64,000 bases of DNA from positions 10,009,902-10,073,901 of the forward strand of contig NC_068987.1 in the NCBI RefSeq assembly GCF_001194135.2. Direction: 5' to 3'. Source of the stretch: Octopus bimaculoides. Taxonomy: Eukaryota. The position numbers were made by a program, and so were the translations under genes. Below, piece by piece: positions 26,418 to 39,681 of the stretch (its first letter is position 1; each line of letters opens with the position of its first letter). The notes beneath the pieces were generated by a model, which did no database searches, had not been told where the DNA came from, and was given only the letters and a program-made list of their open reading frames with translations.

Positions 26418-27429
26418 GATGTATGTATGCATATATGCATTTATGTATGCATATATGCATTCATGTATGTACATACGTCTATCTGTATATTTGTGATAAT
26501 ATGCATACATATATATATATATATATCAAACTATATAAAAAATAATGAAGACGGAAACGTAAACATGCATAGCATACTGTATGTAGCAGGTGTATATCTG
26601 TATGTAACGTTATGAAACAGTGTGTGTATAATTAATACGGGAAAACAATGATGCAACAGTTTGCACATAAAAAAAAGTGGGGGGAAAATCATATCAAGTT
26701 TCGAAAATACTCCTACACAAAGTCACACGTGTTTTTATTAAGTGATGTTCCTTCACATATACTCACAGACACACGTACGTGTTCCTTAATTTGGATATTT
26801 GTACGCGAGCATCAACGCATATAGACTGTAGAACAACACACATACACACGCACGCACACAATACGTGCACCTGTTTTGCACACACGTCTCACACTGGCAA
26901 GAAGCATACGCCGACACTCGTAGTAAATACACACCCATGTACACGCATCCACGCACGCACACACGCACGCACGCACGCACGCACGCACGCATGCGCCAAT
27001 ACCGAGACGGAGAAAAGTGGGAGGGAAGTAAGCTGTAAAGGAGGGGACTGAATGAAAAGATCGTGGGCACGAGAAATATAAAACACAACAGAAGCGGCAA
27101 CAGCTGCAAAAACAGCAGGAGCAACAGCTACAGCAGCATCAGCAACTGCAGCAGCAGCAGTTGAACCATACTATATCAACATCGGCTTTTGCCTTCATAT
27201 AGCGTTGTCCTTTACTCTCGAGTAGAGTAAAACTAAAGCTTCAACTAACAAACAAAATCAAGAAACGAGCCAACCTAGGAACACCTTATAACCAAAAGCA
27301 AGACTTATCTTCACAAAAAATACCAGATCTTTGTTTTTCCACCCCTTTTTATTAGATTCAAAAGGTATGTAAAACGAACTTTTTGCGCACTTACATAAGT
27401 TTCCCATCACTGTTTTCTAAGTTTCTTAT

Positions 27430-27598
27430 GTCATTTTTCTCTCTCTTTCTCTCTCTCTCTCTATCTATCTATCTCTCTATCTATCTATATATATATATAT
27501 ATGTATGTATGTATGTATGTGTGTGTATACATATATATCTCATTACATATGTCTATAATTACATACATACATATATAGATTACATTTACATATATATA

Positions 27599-27672
<74 letters not shown>

Positions 27673-28043
27673 TATATATATATCTTACATTTACATATGT
27701 ACATACATGTATATATGCATATACATATATATACACATATACATATATATACATATACATACATACATATATATATACACATGAATATACATATACAAGC
27801 ATATACGTATATATATATACATATATATACATATATATACATATACATATACATGCATATACATATATACATATATATATATGCATATACATATATATAC
27901 ATATATATATGCATATACATATATACATACATCTACATATACATATGTATACATATATATATATATGCATATACTTATATACATATATATATATACATCT
28001 ACATATACATATATACATACATATACGTATATATATATATATA
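27430..28043 (+). repeat. Long (TA)n/(TATACA)n compound microsatellite
   Basis: Direct reading; ends at a gap. Confidence 0.95.
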
Positions 28044-29777
28044 NNNNNNNNNNNNNNNNNNNNNNNNNNNNNNNNNNNNNNNNNNNNNNNNNNNNNNNNN
28101 NNNNNNNNNNNNNNNNNNNNNNNNNNNNNNNNNNNNNNNNNNNNNNNNNNNNNNNNNNNNNNNNNNNNNNNNNNNNNNNNNNNNNNNNNNNNNNNNNNNN
28201 NNNNNNNNNNNNNNNNNNNNNNNNNNNNNNNNNNNNNNNNNNNNNNNNNNNNNNNNNNNNNNNNNNNNNNNNNNNNNNNNNNNNNNNNNNNNNNNNNNNN
28301 NNNNNNNNNNNNNNNNNNNNNNNNNNNNNNNNNNNNNNNNNNNNNNNNNNNNNNNNNNNNNNNNNNNNNNNNNNNNNNNNNNNNNNNNNNNNNNNNNNNN
28401 NNNNNNNNNNNNNNNNNNNNNNNNNNNNNNNNNNNNNNNNNNNNNNNNNNNNNNNNNNNNNNNNNNNNNNNNNNNNNNNNNNNNNNNNNNATATATATAT
28501 ATATATATATATATAACATATATCGTTTTAAATTATATATGCATACGTGTATACATTGATTTGTATAATGTTATATTTCGTCATCAATTTTGCTGTATTC
28601 ATTATTAATTGTTATCATTAATTAACGTTGTTACCATTATTTTCGTATTTCCCTCACTCTATTCAACCAGGTTTTGACAAACTAATTACCGCTCATTTAC
28701 TTTGAGTTTATCGATAACATATCTTCATATGCGTTTAAAAACTAAATCCTTAAGATAGTTAATACCAGGACGGTTGGTTCCATCTCTGTCTTGACTTTGG
28801 TTTACAGACCCTCCACAAATCAATTAAATACATCCCTATCGTGCAAGGTTCTAGTTTTATTGCCTAAACCTTCCTTTATAAACGTCAGGCTTAGCACTAA
28901 AATAAAAAGACCACAAATTATCTGGCGATATGTTATGAGATAATCCCCAAGGGAATTGAGCATTTGTGCCCCTTGTCGAATCTTCGTGGATTTCAACGTA
29001 TTAGCATAACTTCAGGGTGAGGACCGATCCGTCTCAGGCTGTGCTTTTATGGAGGCGGTACTTTTGAGTTAATAGAAGTTTGTAAAAGTTTGGGGCCCGT
29101 ATGGGGCGGCAGACTGAAGGGATTCTTCGGGTGGCACACGCACAAGCAATGCCACTGCTCTACTGCTAAGACACCTTTCATATCCCAGTCCATCCAGCTT
29201 CTATTAGGTACCGCAATGCTTTATAATTCCCCGCTGTTATCAGCGGCCTTGTGGTAGAATTGGATATTTACTTTTCTTGTAGTTCCGAGTTCAATTCTTC
29301 ACCGAGTAAAACATCACGTGATAGATCAGATCAGTGACCCTTCAAAGAAGCGATTAGGATTTTGATAATATTACGCAAACCCTAAAACAACGGAAATCCA
29401 AAGTTCCAGAAATTATCTGTAGCTAAAGTAAGAAATACAAATTCCTCGCAGTATTTGTTCCGTATTTTGGATCCCGAGTTCTAGTCCTGCTGAGGTCAGC
29501 TTTATCTTTCATGCATTCAGGAGTCAATAAAATAAAGCATAAGACGATTGGTGCTGTCAATGTAATCGATTGGCACCTTCCGACTATTTCCGGTCTTGTG
29601 CTAATGGTGGAAATTTGTGTCATCATGGCAGTTAATTGTTAAAAACCAACTTTACTCGTGTATAATAATAGCGGTTTATTAGTCGCATCCAAGTTTTTTC
29701 AGAGAAAATCAATAATAAACTAGAGTGACTTATATATGAGTTTAATACGTTATACGTTGTGCGTGACTATACATACA

Positions 29778-29817
<40 letters not shown>

Positions 29818-30135
29818 GCGAATTTTCTCGTGCGTAAGTCGCACTCTTAATTTATTGTCAATTATTGGTACAAAATTTGCTTCCTCTTTATAATCTTAGC
29901 TTTTCCCCGTGTATAAGCAGCGGCCCAGTTTCGTTTCCTTTTCATATAAAACCATGTATGGAATAGTGCGTATTATACACGAGTAAACACCATATGTAGA
30001 ACAATGAACTAGATCGCTCGTAGTATTTTTGTTTTGCTTTTCTATATTCTCAGTTTAATTCCCATCAGGTTCGATTTTTATCTTTCATCCTTTCAAAGAT
30101 GAAGGGTAAAAATCTATCGACAAGAATCAGGAATC

Positions 30136-30347
30136 AAGGTGGCGATTTGGCAGAATCGTTTGCACGTCTGGAAGAAAGTTTAACGTTATTTTGTCCGTTT
30201 TTACGTTCTGAGTTCTAATTTCACCGAGGTCGGCTTTGCCTTTCATCCTTCCGGAGTCTATAAAATAAGTACCAGTAAAGTACTTGGGTCAATGTAATCG
30301 ACTTAACCCCCTCCCTAAAATCACAGGCCTTGTGCCATAATTAGAAA
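30136..30347 (+). mobile_element. SINE family B copy
   Basis: aaggtggcgatttggcagaatcgtt..ttacgttctgagttc..ggccttgtgcc. Confidence 0.85.
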
Positions 30348-30595
30348 CTAAATAAATACCAACAATTCATTTGGATTGTTCCATTCCTTACACCCATCTA
30401 CAATAAAAGTTCTTCAAATATTGAGCGAACAACGAAAAATAGTTCAACATTTTTGTTCTGTTTTGTTCTCTCGCCCCATTGTGTCTAGTATAAGATATTT
30501 GAATGCTGTGGTCAACTTTGTTTTTCTCTCACCCTAGACAACAATCCGTAACATGTGATGAGTTCTTTGTAATGAATTCAAAGAGAATTGCATAT

Positions 30596-30811
30596 AAGGC
30601 GACGATCTGGCAGAACCGTTAGCACGCCGGGCGAAATGTTTAGCGATATTTCGTCTGCCGTTACGTTCTAAGCTCAAATTCCGCAGAGGTCGACTTTGCC
30701 TTTCAGCTTTACGGCGTCGATAAATTAAATACCAGTTGCATACTGGTCGATCTAATCGACTGGCCTCCCTCTCCAAAAATTTTAGACCTTGTGCCTAGAG
30801 TAGAAACGATT
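30596..30811 (+). mobile_element. SINE family B copy
   Basis: aaggcgacgatctggcagaaccgttagcacgccgggcgaaatg..gaccttgtgcctagagtagaaa. Confidence 0.9.
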
Positions 30812-31878
30812 AACCAAATCATATGGTTAGCATCTAATTGTCGCCAGATGGCAGCCGTGAGATAGTAGTAAGTGGTATACATTGCACAACGTAAACTTAG
30901 TTATCCCTAAAAAGACGAGAGGGTCACGGCTGAAATCCCTTGTGTCATAGCCTTGTTCCTTCAGAATCAATAACTGACTTGTGGTTAAAGAACAAGCAAT
31001 GATGAAATCATGAGTTCACAAAAGGTCAAAGCTGTTGGATTTAAGACTTGGCACACAATAGGGTCACTGCTGACTACATCCTTAATATACCATAGGAGTC
31101 ACCAATGACTGCGTTTAGTGGTGCCCTGTATTTTTATAGAACCCTATACCAATGTGGTTGAAACTAACTACCTTATTCGAATTTTGGAGGTGTACTGAAT
31201 ACAGATATCAGAAGGGATACAAGTCAATGTCATCTCCATCACTGGATGCGCTGCCTTCCATAAGATAATTTTTTGTGAAAAATAAAAGCTATTAAGACTT
31301 ATATAATCTAAAATATAATCTGTCGGTGGAAAATCATAAATAAATGAAGAACAAATCAATAAATGGAAGTATAATAGACTATAATACACATTTAAAAACT
31401 TTTTAACATATCACTGGTGACTTTTGCGGTCCAGAATGAATGTATTATTCATTCGTCCGCAGGAGTCACCGCTGACACCCATGCAATAAATCAAGATAGT
31501 AGTTTATATAGAGAACGATAACACACACATACACATACGTACGTGTATGTATGTGGTTAAAAAAATGAAACCGCCGCTGCAAAAGCGAATATGGCGCAAA
31601 AATGGGCTTGGTTAACAATGTGTTAAACGTTTTGTAGAATTTAGTTTAGCTTCTCTGCATTTTAGGTTGAAATACACGTGTAGACCTGGTCAGTCATTAT
31701 TCCGGGTTCATTGTGAAGAGTACCAGTAATATCGTACTGAACTATGTCTCGCTCCTGTAAGCATATACATTGTAACTACTAAAAATATATTGTTCCTGGC
31801 TGAGGAATATGAAACGATATAACGTAAAGATAATTTATGTACAAAAAGCTTTTCACCAATCAAAATGCGTTAACAATG

Positions 31879-32262
31879 AGGCGGCGAGCCAGCAGAATTG
31901 TTAGCACGTTGCACAAAATGCTTAGCAGCATTTTTTCTGGTTCTGTAGGTTCTAAGTTCGAACCCCGCCAAACTTTACTTTTGATCCTTTCGCGATTGAT
32001 AAAATAAAGTATCAGTAAAATAAATAAAAATTTCGCTAGTGCGTCGAATAAAGTGCTCATCAGCATTTCTTCTGGCTCTTCACGTTAGAGAATCGTTAGA
32101 TTGTCTGAAGAATATCTTGCGTTATTTCTTCCGACTCTTTACATTGTGCGTTCAAATCCCACCGAGGTCAACTTTACCTTTCGTCCTTTCGAGGTCGATA
32201 AAATATAGTAGCAGCAAAGTACTGGGGGGGGGGGATTTAACCGACTTTCGTCCTTCCCCCAG
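31879..32262 (+). mobile_element. Two old SINE family B fragments in tandem
   Basis: Heads or cores at about 31879-32015 and 32088-32262. Confidence 0.7.
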
Positions 32263-32265
32263 TAA

Positions 32266-32530
32266 TGAGGTGGAAGCGCGTGACTTAGTGGTTAGGGTGT
32301 TGGACTCATGATCTTAAGATTGTGGTTTCGATTCCTGGACCGGGTGTTGCTTTGTGTTATTGAGCAAAACACTTCATTTTACGTTGCTCCATCAGTTCAG
32401 TCAGCTGGCAAAAATAAGTAATCCTGCGACGGATCGGCGTCCTGTCCAGGTGGGGAATTTCTACGCCACTGAAACCGGGAAACCAGCCCTTATGAGTCTG
32501 ACACGGCTCGGGAAGGTAACAACTATTCTT
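32266..32530 (+). mobile_element. tRNA-derived SINE with D-type middle and V-domain-like 3' module
   Basis: A box (gacttagtggttagg) and B box (ggtttcgattcc), then cctgcgacggatcggcgtcctgtccagg, similar to the conserved V-SINE domain as I recall it. Confidence 0.75.
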
Positions 32531-32739
32531 TCTTTCTTTCTTCTTCAACAATGACTGGATTCGAACCCTGTAACGAACTGGTGTCCCTTTCAAGGAGATT
32601 TTTGTGATCTCGGCCACTTCTATACCACAGAAACCAAGCAACAGGCCTTATTAGTTCTAGGGCTAAAAAAAATATGGCAACTTACAACTCTAAAGGTAGC
32701 ACAGACAGTAGGACCTTGCAATATATTGTTCCCTGCTCT

Positions 32740-33177
32740 AAGGCGGCGTGATGGCAGAATCGTTAGCACACCGAGCAAATTAATTAACGACATTTCGTTC
32801 TTCCCTTCGTTCTGAGTTCAAATTCCGCTGAGGTCGACTTTGCCTTTCATCCTTTCTGGGTCGATAAAATAAGTACCAGTTGAGCGCTGTGGGTCGACGT
32901 AATCGACTTATCCCCTCCCCCGATATTGCTGGCCTAGTGCCAAAATTAGAAGCCAATATATGATTCACTTCTTCAAGGCGGTGAGCTGTTAGAATCGTTA
33001 GCGCGCCGGAAAAAAAATGCTTAGGGGCATTTCTTCCAATATTGTTCTGAGTGCAAATGCTACCGGGCTCCACTTAGCCTTTTACCCTTTCGGGGGTAGA
33101 CTCAAGTACCGGGATCGATGTCATCGGCTTACTCCCCTCGTTCGAAATTGCTGGCCTTGTGCCAAAATTTGAAACCA
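32740..33177 (+). mobile_element. Two tandem SINE family B copies (32740-32958 and 32974-33177)
   Basis: Each has the aaggcgg head and the ggcc(t)tgtgccaaaatt tail. Confidence 0.85.
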
Positions 33178-33387
33178 NNNNNNNNNNNNNNNNNNNNNNN
33201 NNNNNNNNNNNNNNNNNNNNNNNNNNNNNNNNNNNNNNNNNNNNNNNNNNNNNNNNNNNNNNNNNNNNNNNNNNNNNNNNNNNNNNNNNNNNNNNNNNNN
33301 NNNNNNNNNNNNNNNNNNNNNNNNNNNNNNNNNNNNNNNNNNNNNNNNNNNNNNNNNNNNNNNNNNNNNNNNNNNNNNNNNNNNNNN

Positions 33388-33459
<72 letters not shown>

Positions 33460-33463
<4 letters not shown>

Positions 33464-33685
33464 TGTCTGTGTGTCTTTGCGGCTTCGTTTGTCTCCTCAA
33501 CCCTTGACATATGACGTTGGCTTCTTTATGCACCCATAGCCTAGCGGTTCGGCAAAACTGATAGATAAAACAAGTACCAGATTTTTAAAATAAGCATTGA
33601 GAGCGATCTGTTCGACTAGTACCCTGCAAGGCGATGCCCCAGCATGGCCGCAGTCGAATGACAGGAACAAGTAACAGAAGAAACG
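33460..33685 (+). mobile_element. Old SINE family A, 3' half after a (TG)n tract
   Basis: ctagcggttcggcaaaa..gccccagcatggccgcagtc..aacaagtaa. Confidence 0.75.
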
Positions 33686-34355
33686 AAGATAAATAAATAG
33701 CCAAATGTAAAATTTGTGCTACCAGGACTTGAACACAGGCTCACGTGTTCATGTTTTGTGATAGATCTTTTGCTACTACTCTGAAACAAGCATATAAATC
33801 TAAGAACCATTGAAGGAGGCTTTGTATAGTTAGTCGGTTTGTTAGAAATAGCAGCCAACTTTCATGTGAATTCATCTTACCGTCTTAAAAGACAGTTTTA
33901 AAAGACAGACAGTTTTGGGATCATAGAAGCACTGTGGGTCGACGCAAAGTTTACTTTCTTCAGTTTGAACATTCTAAGGTAGGGTTTGCTTATCTTCGAT
34001 AGACAACAATCCTACATAAAGGATTTTTCTCCATCATGCTCCTAAGTAGAGAGGCCAGTCTTTAGCATCGGCTCGGTGAAGCTTTAGAATTTGCGTTAGA
34101 AACATATAACTTTTTTTCTGGCCTTTTCGAAATAAATAACCTGAGAATCTATGCAGCATTTCTGTATTATACATTAAAAGGTATTATGTGGACCCAGAAG
34201 TTCATATCATCAAGCTTTAGACACATCTATTCCTCATTCTACGATGGTGAATCCGCTTAACACGGAGCGCCAGTGATCAAGTCCACAACATTCTCTGAAA
34301 GGGGGATGCAGGTCCTTTACGTGAGTTCAAAGAGAGCTATTTTGTTATACGGGGT

Positions 34356-34528
34356 CAAATCCATTACATCAACCTCAGCATTTGACCGATACTTTATTTT
34401 TATAGACTTTAAAGGGACGAAAGGCAAAGTTAGCCTCGTTGAGATTTGAACTCAGAACGTAAAGAGCCGGAAGAAATACTGCTAAGCATTTTGCTCGACC
34501 TGCTAACGATTCTACCAGCTCGCCGCTT
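34356..34528 (-). mobile_element. SINE family B copy
   Basis: Reverse-complement match to the B head and core. Confidence 0.8.
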
Positions 34529-34563
34529 TTGTGGGTATTGTATTTACCAGACTTAAACTAATT

Positions 34564-34850
34564 ACGTGGTAGCACATGGTCTAGTGGTTAAAGCAGCGGA
34601 CTCGCGGTTGACAGATCGCCGGTTCGAATTTCAGACCCGGCGATGTGTGTGTTTATGAGCAAAACACCTAAGCTCAACGTGGCTCCAGCAGAAGGTAATG
34701 GCGAACTCCTGCTGACTCTTTCGCCGCAACTTTCTCTCACTCTTTCTTTTTGCATCTAGCAGCTCACCTTTGACAAATCGGCGTCCCGTCAAGGTGGGAA
34801 AGCCGGTCCTCATGAGCTAGGCATGGCCCGAGAAGGAAAAAAACAACAAT
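34564..34850 (+). mobile_element. tRNA-derived SINE with C-type middle and V-domain-like tail
   Basis: The first half aligns to the reverse complement of 37190-37373 and the second half to 32420-32525. Confidence 0.75.
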
Positions 34851-35095
34851 AACCAACTAAGTACTGGGATCGATTTGTTCGACTAACCCTACAAAGCAGT
34901 GCCCCAGCATAACCGCAGTCCAATGAGTGAATCAAGACTGGAGTGCTTCTATGGAGAATAAACACATTATCTTACGTCTTTTTATAACGGCAGAGACCTA
35001 ACGAAAACGATGATTGATTTATACACTTGAGTAACCCCATGAAACTTCAGACTAACTTCACCAATTCAGTTCAATATCATTCTTATCTTAAGATT

Positions 35096-35309
35096 AAGGC
35101 AGCGAGTCCCCAGAAAGGTTAGCACGCCGGGCGAAATGCTTAGCGGTAACTCACCTGTCTTTACGTTCTGAGTTAAAATTCCGCCGAGGTCGACATTGCC
35201 TTTCATCCTTTCGCGGTCAATAAATTAAGTACCAGTTGCATACTGAGGTCGATCTAATCGACTGCCCCACTCCCCCAAATTTTCGGGCCTTGTGCTTAAA
35301 GTAGAAAAG
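35096..35309 (+). mobile_element. SINE family B monomer with 17-bp target-site duplication
   Basis: ATTCTTATCTTAAGATT at 35079-35095 and 35310-35326. Confidence 0.93.
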
Positions 35310-35359
35310 ATTCTTATCTTAAGATTCAATTGCATTTTCATATTGTAAGTGTAATTATA

Positions 35360-35558
35360 TTGGTTTCCAGTTTGGGCACAAGGCCAGTAATTTCGGAAGA
35401 GGGATATAAATCGATTGCATCGACCCCAGTGATTGCTTTATACTTACTTTCATCGACGTCCGAAGGGATGAAAGGCAAAGTTGACTTCGGTGTCATTTGA
35501 ACTCAAAACGTAAAGCGTTTTGCCCGGTGTGCTAATGATTCTGCTAGTGCTCCGCCTT
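35360..35558 (-). mobile_element. SINE family B copy, inverted relative to 35096
   Basis: Reverse-complement match to the B family. Confidence 0.85.
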
Positions 35559-35599
35559 TGTTAGTGCAATTATATTCATGCATTTAATCCTTAGATATC

Positions 35600-35964
35600 T
35601 TTTATCTTTTACTTCTTTCAGTCACTGGACTGCGGCCATTCTGTGGCAATACCTTGACGGGTTTAATCAAACAAATCAATCCCCGGCCTTAGGTGTTTTA
35701 ACTTATGGTACTTATGCTATCGTTAAACGACGGGGGAAGTAAACAAACCAACAGCAAATCACATGTTAAGCTATAATAGGGACAGACACACAGACCCCAT
35801 ACACACACACGATGGTTTTTCGCACAGTTTCCGTCAACCAAATTCACTTACAAGGCATTGGTTGGCTCGGAGAAGACATTTGCACAAAGTGCAAGTGTGT
35901 GAGGATTGAACTTGAATCCATCTGATTGCAGAGCGAGCTTATTAACCACGCAGTTATGCTTGCA
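35600..35964 (-). mobile_element. Old SINE family A copy
   Basis: Diverged colinear match. Confidence 0.7.
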
Positions 35965-35967
35965 CTA

Positions 35968-36334
35968 AAGGCGGCGAGCTGGCAGAAACGTTAGCACGCC
36001 GGGCGACCCTGCTGTTACGTTCTGAGTTCAAATTCCGCCGAGGTCGACTTTGCCTTTCATCCGTTCGGGATCGATTAAATAAGTACCAGTTACGCACTGG
36101 GGTCGATATAATCGACTTAATCCCTTTGTCCTTGTTTGTCCCCTCTGCGTGTAGCCCCTTGTGGGCAGTAAAGAAATAAGAAACGTTAGTACGTCGGGCG
36201 AAATGATTAATGGTATTTCGTCTGTCTTTACGTTCTGTGTTCAAATTCCGCCGAGGTCGACTATGCCTTTCATCGATCTAATCGACTGGTCCATTCACCC
36301 CAAAATTTCGGGCCTTGTACCTAGAGTAGAAAAG
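35968..36334 (+). mobile_element. Dimeric SINE family B with small internal deletions
   Basis: The second monomer starts at about 36178 (aagaaacgttagtacgtcgggcg), directly after the first tail ..gtgggcagtaaagaaat. Confidence 0.88.
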
Positions 36335-36510
36335 TTGTTTGCACTCACTAACACTAAAAACCTAGAAAATAAAGAAAACGAAAAAGTGAACTATGTATTG
36401 CAAGGGACATCTTCCCCTTTGTACCTTTAATGTTCTAAGGTTTTTATTCCTTTTTTCTTCTCTATCCCTAGTACACATAAAACCAGTTACCCGGTTTCTA
36501 TGGCGTAGGA

Positions 36511-36826
36511 AACGGGTGGCTTAGTGGTTAGGGTTTACGGCTCACAATATTAAGTCATGTGTTCGATACCCAGCGGTCCGTTGTGTCTCATGAGGAAGGC
36601 ACTTTATTTCATGTTGCTCCAATCTACTCAGCTGGCAAATATTAAGTGGTGCTTGTATTTTAAAGGACCAGCCTTGTCATATTCTGTGTCCCGCTGACTC
36701 TCACTGAGAACTACATTTTAAGGGCACACGTGTCTGTGGAGTACTCAGCCAATTGCACGTTAATTTCACCAGCATGCAGTTCCACTGATCGAATCAGCCA
36801 GAGCACTTGTCAGACGAAATGACGGT
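36511..36826 (+). mobile_element. tRNA-derived SINE with D-type middle and C-type tail
   Basis: The middle matches 32350-32415 and the tail matches the reverse complement of 37030-37170. Confidence 0.75.
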
Positions 36827-36980
36827 GAGTATGACATGGAAGTCACAAAGATCGCAACAAACCCCTCATCTCCTTGAACAGGAAGCCAGTCAATTGCAGG
36901 ATTGAAGGCGCTGCGCAGAAGGATTGAACTCGAAACCCTCCTGTGGCTGAGGCGAGCTTCTTAACCACATAGCCATACGT

Positions 36981-37373
36981 TGTTGTTGTTGTTGTTGTTG
37001 GCACTCCATCGCTTACGACGTCGAGGGTTCCAGTTGATCCGATCAACGGAACAGCCTGCTCGTGAAATTAACGTGCAAGTGGCTGAGCACTCCACAGACA
37101 CGTGTACCCTTAACGTAGTTCTCGGGGATATGCAGCGTGACACAGTGTGTGACAAGGCTGACCCTTTGAATTACAGGCACAACAGAAACAGGAAGAAAGA
37201 GTGAGAGAAAGTTGTGGTGAAAGAGTACAGCAGCGTTCGCCACCATCCCCTGCCGGAGCCTCGTGGAGCTTTAGGTGTTTTCGCTCAATAAACACTCACA
37301 ACGCCCGGTCAGGGAATCGAAACCGCGATCCTATGACCGCGAGTCCGCTGCCCTAACCACTGGGCCTCCACTG
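36981..37373 (-). mobile_element. Young full-length tRNA-derived SINE family C with (AAC)n tail and 11-bp TSD
   Basis: A box GGCCCAGTGG, B box GGTTTCGATTCCC and (AAC)n 3' end. TAGCCATACGT at 36970-36980 and 37374-37384. Confidence 0.93.
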
Positions 37374-37860
37374 TAGCCATACGTATACCAGTTGTAATAG
37401 AATATTTACATTCTACTCCCGCCCACCGAATGTCTTCTCATTTTCCATCTTATTCTGTGTATATGATCTTCTGTGCTATTTCATACTTTACCGACATCTT
37501 TGTCTTTGGTTTCTTTTTCTTTTACCTTTTCAACGCCTCACATTATTTTCTTTATTTCCATTTATCTTATATATACTTCGTGAAGTTTTTAGAGACGAAA
37601 CTATCTAGATTGCTCAATGAATTCATAAGCTGTGTGTCTGTACCAGCTATTGTCATTTCCTTGTGATTTTCATCAGTTCATTTATTCTAGCTCTCGAGGC
37701 GGAAGTTATCTTTCAAAAACTGACGTTTCATCCAAAGAGAGATTCCACGGCTCATCGGTTTAACACTCTTGAAGCTGGTGTTGAACACCGATCCTCTTGA
37801 CCCTTCTAAAGGAATTAACATTTATCTTTTACTTGTTTCAGTCTTTGGATTGCGGCCATG

Positions 37861-37970
37861 CTGGGTACATGGAGTAAATAAAATCATAACATAACCAATT
37901 AAATATAAGAAATAATAATTTCTTAAAGTATGTGTTAATCCCCATGTACCCAGACCTTGTGGACACCCTG
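37861..37970. mobile_element. Possible small Tc1/maT-type MITE remnant
   Basis: 12-bp perfect inverted repeat CTGGGTACATGG (37861-37872 / 37942-37953). The right end is GGACACCCTG-TA. Confidence 0.4.
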
Positions 37971-38598
37971 TATATTATATCTAAAGGTAATGCAAGTCAC
38001 AAAATGAGAAGAAACAAAAACAAAAAACAAAAACAGGAAGGAAAATATTTCGGTTAGGTGGTAGAAACCTTAGTTAACGCAGAATAAAAATACATACATT
38101 ACAGTTTATTATTTTCCTTGCTATATATTTCAGGGCCAATTTCTGTCGGGGTCGACTTCTATATTCATCTAAGGTCGGTTCCAATGACTATATTTTTTGG
38201 CTACAAAGTTTGGCCTTGTACTGAATGAAAATAAATCAGTTTTACATTCATCTATTACCTTATTATTTTCTAACCTGTTTAATATTTCCTCTTTCCATTT
38301 CGGTTTCATTTATTTATGATTTCTTTTATGTCTCACCTTATTCAGCCATATTCGCTGTTTTATTTCATTCGCATTTAAGGCTCTCTTTTATCTATTCAAT
38401 CCATTTCAATTCGTGTATACTCATTTCCCAATCACGTTTGGAATAATCTATTTTATATCCAACTTTCAATTAAATTCATCTGTTCACGTTTACTCACAAA
38501 TGTCAGTGTTCATCTTCAAGAGATACGTTCTCAGCGAACCTCATCTACGAAACAATTTGTATTATAACGCGTTAATATACTTCAATACAAAGCGGCAA

Positions 38599-38852
38599 AA
38601 GGCCGGTGAGCTGACAGACTCTTTAGTACGCCAGGCAAAATGCTTGGCAGCTTTTCGTCCGTCTTTATATTCTGAGTTCGACTTTGCCTTTCATTATTTC
38701 GAAGTCAATAAAATAAGTACCGGTTGAACACTGGGGGTAATCGATTTGTCCACCCCTAAAATTACTGGCCTTGTGTCAAAATTTGAAGCCAATATAAGGC
38801 AGTGAGCTATGAGAATTATTAGCATTCCACACATAAAGCTTAGTGGTATTAT

Positions 38853-38909
<57 letters not shown>

Positions 38910-38990
38910 CTTTTCCGAGTTCAAATTCCGCTGAGGTCGACTTTGCTTTTCGACGTTTTGGGGTGGATAAAATTAGTGCCAATCCAGTGC
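38599..38990 (+). mobile_element. Two SINE family B copies, the second interrupted by (TA)n
   Basis: First copy at 38599-38796. The second has its head at 38796-38850 and its core resumes at about 38905. Confidence 0.75.
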
Positions 38991-39681
38991 AGGAGTCGAT
39001 GCATTCAAAAGCAAACCTCTTAACCACACAGCCATGCTTTGACAATTTTTTTTGTTATTTTAATGTCTTCAATAAATGATAAATGTTCTGCAGGTGTACA
39101 ATATACAATTTGTCTGTAAATGTTTGCAGCCAATCCAAAGAAGTCATTTATCTGTCACGCAGTTTTATAATGATATTGTTTTATGTAAAAGATATCACTG
39201 TGCGTTAAGAGCCGTCTCACATGTCAAAATATGTTACCAACTTGGCGCAAAAACCATATGCTATAGCAATTCAATGGAAAAACAAGGCCATATCCATTGA
39301 TCCATGCTATTGAATAAAATTCGTAGTCTAACTGTTAGTTTGGCTGATTTCTAAGTTTTAGCTTAATACCTGCAGGTCCGCTTATATCTTCCAAAAATAG
39401 TTTGAAAGAAAAATAATCCTTTGAGAAGAGAGGCAAAAACAAACAACCACATTTTTGTTGGTAATTTTTATTGCCTGATTAAACATACAGCGCAACGTCT
39501 GACTTTAGTTCGTTCAGCTCTAAATCCTATTTCTCCTTGTGTATTAGGTTTCCTCACCCAAATGCTTTATCGTCTGCAGACAACAACCGCTCCTTACATA
39601 TCTAAGCATGTTATGCATCAAGTTTTTCAGTTTTTTCGTATTTCCAGTCGTATTTTCTTTCTCTCAGGAAAATAGTTTATT

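Noticed and set aside
37290-37373. tRNA-like sequences with A and B boxes (also 8340-8422, 32270-32345, 34564-34640)
   Set aside because: They continue directly into SINE bodies and lack a complete acceptor stem, so they are SINE heads, not tRNA genes.
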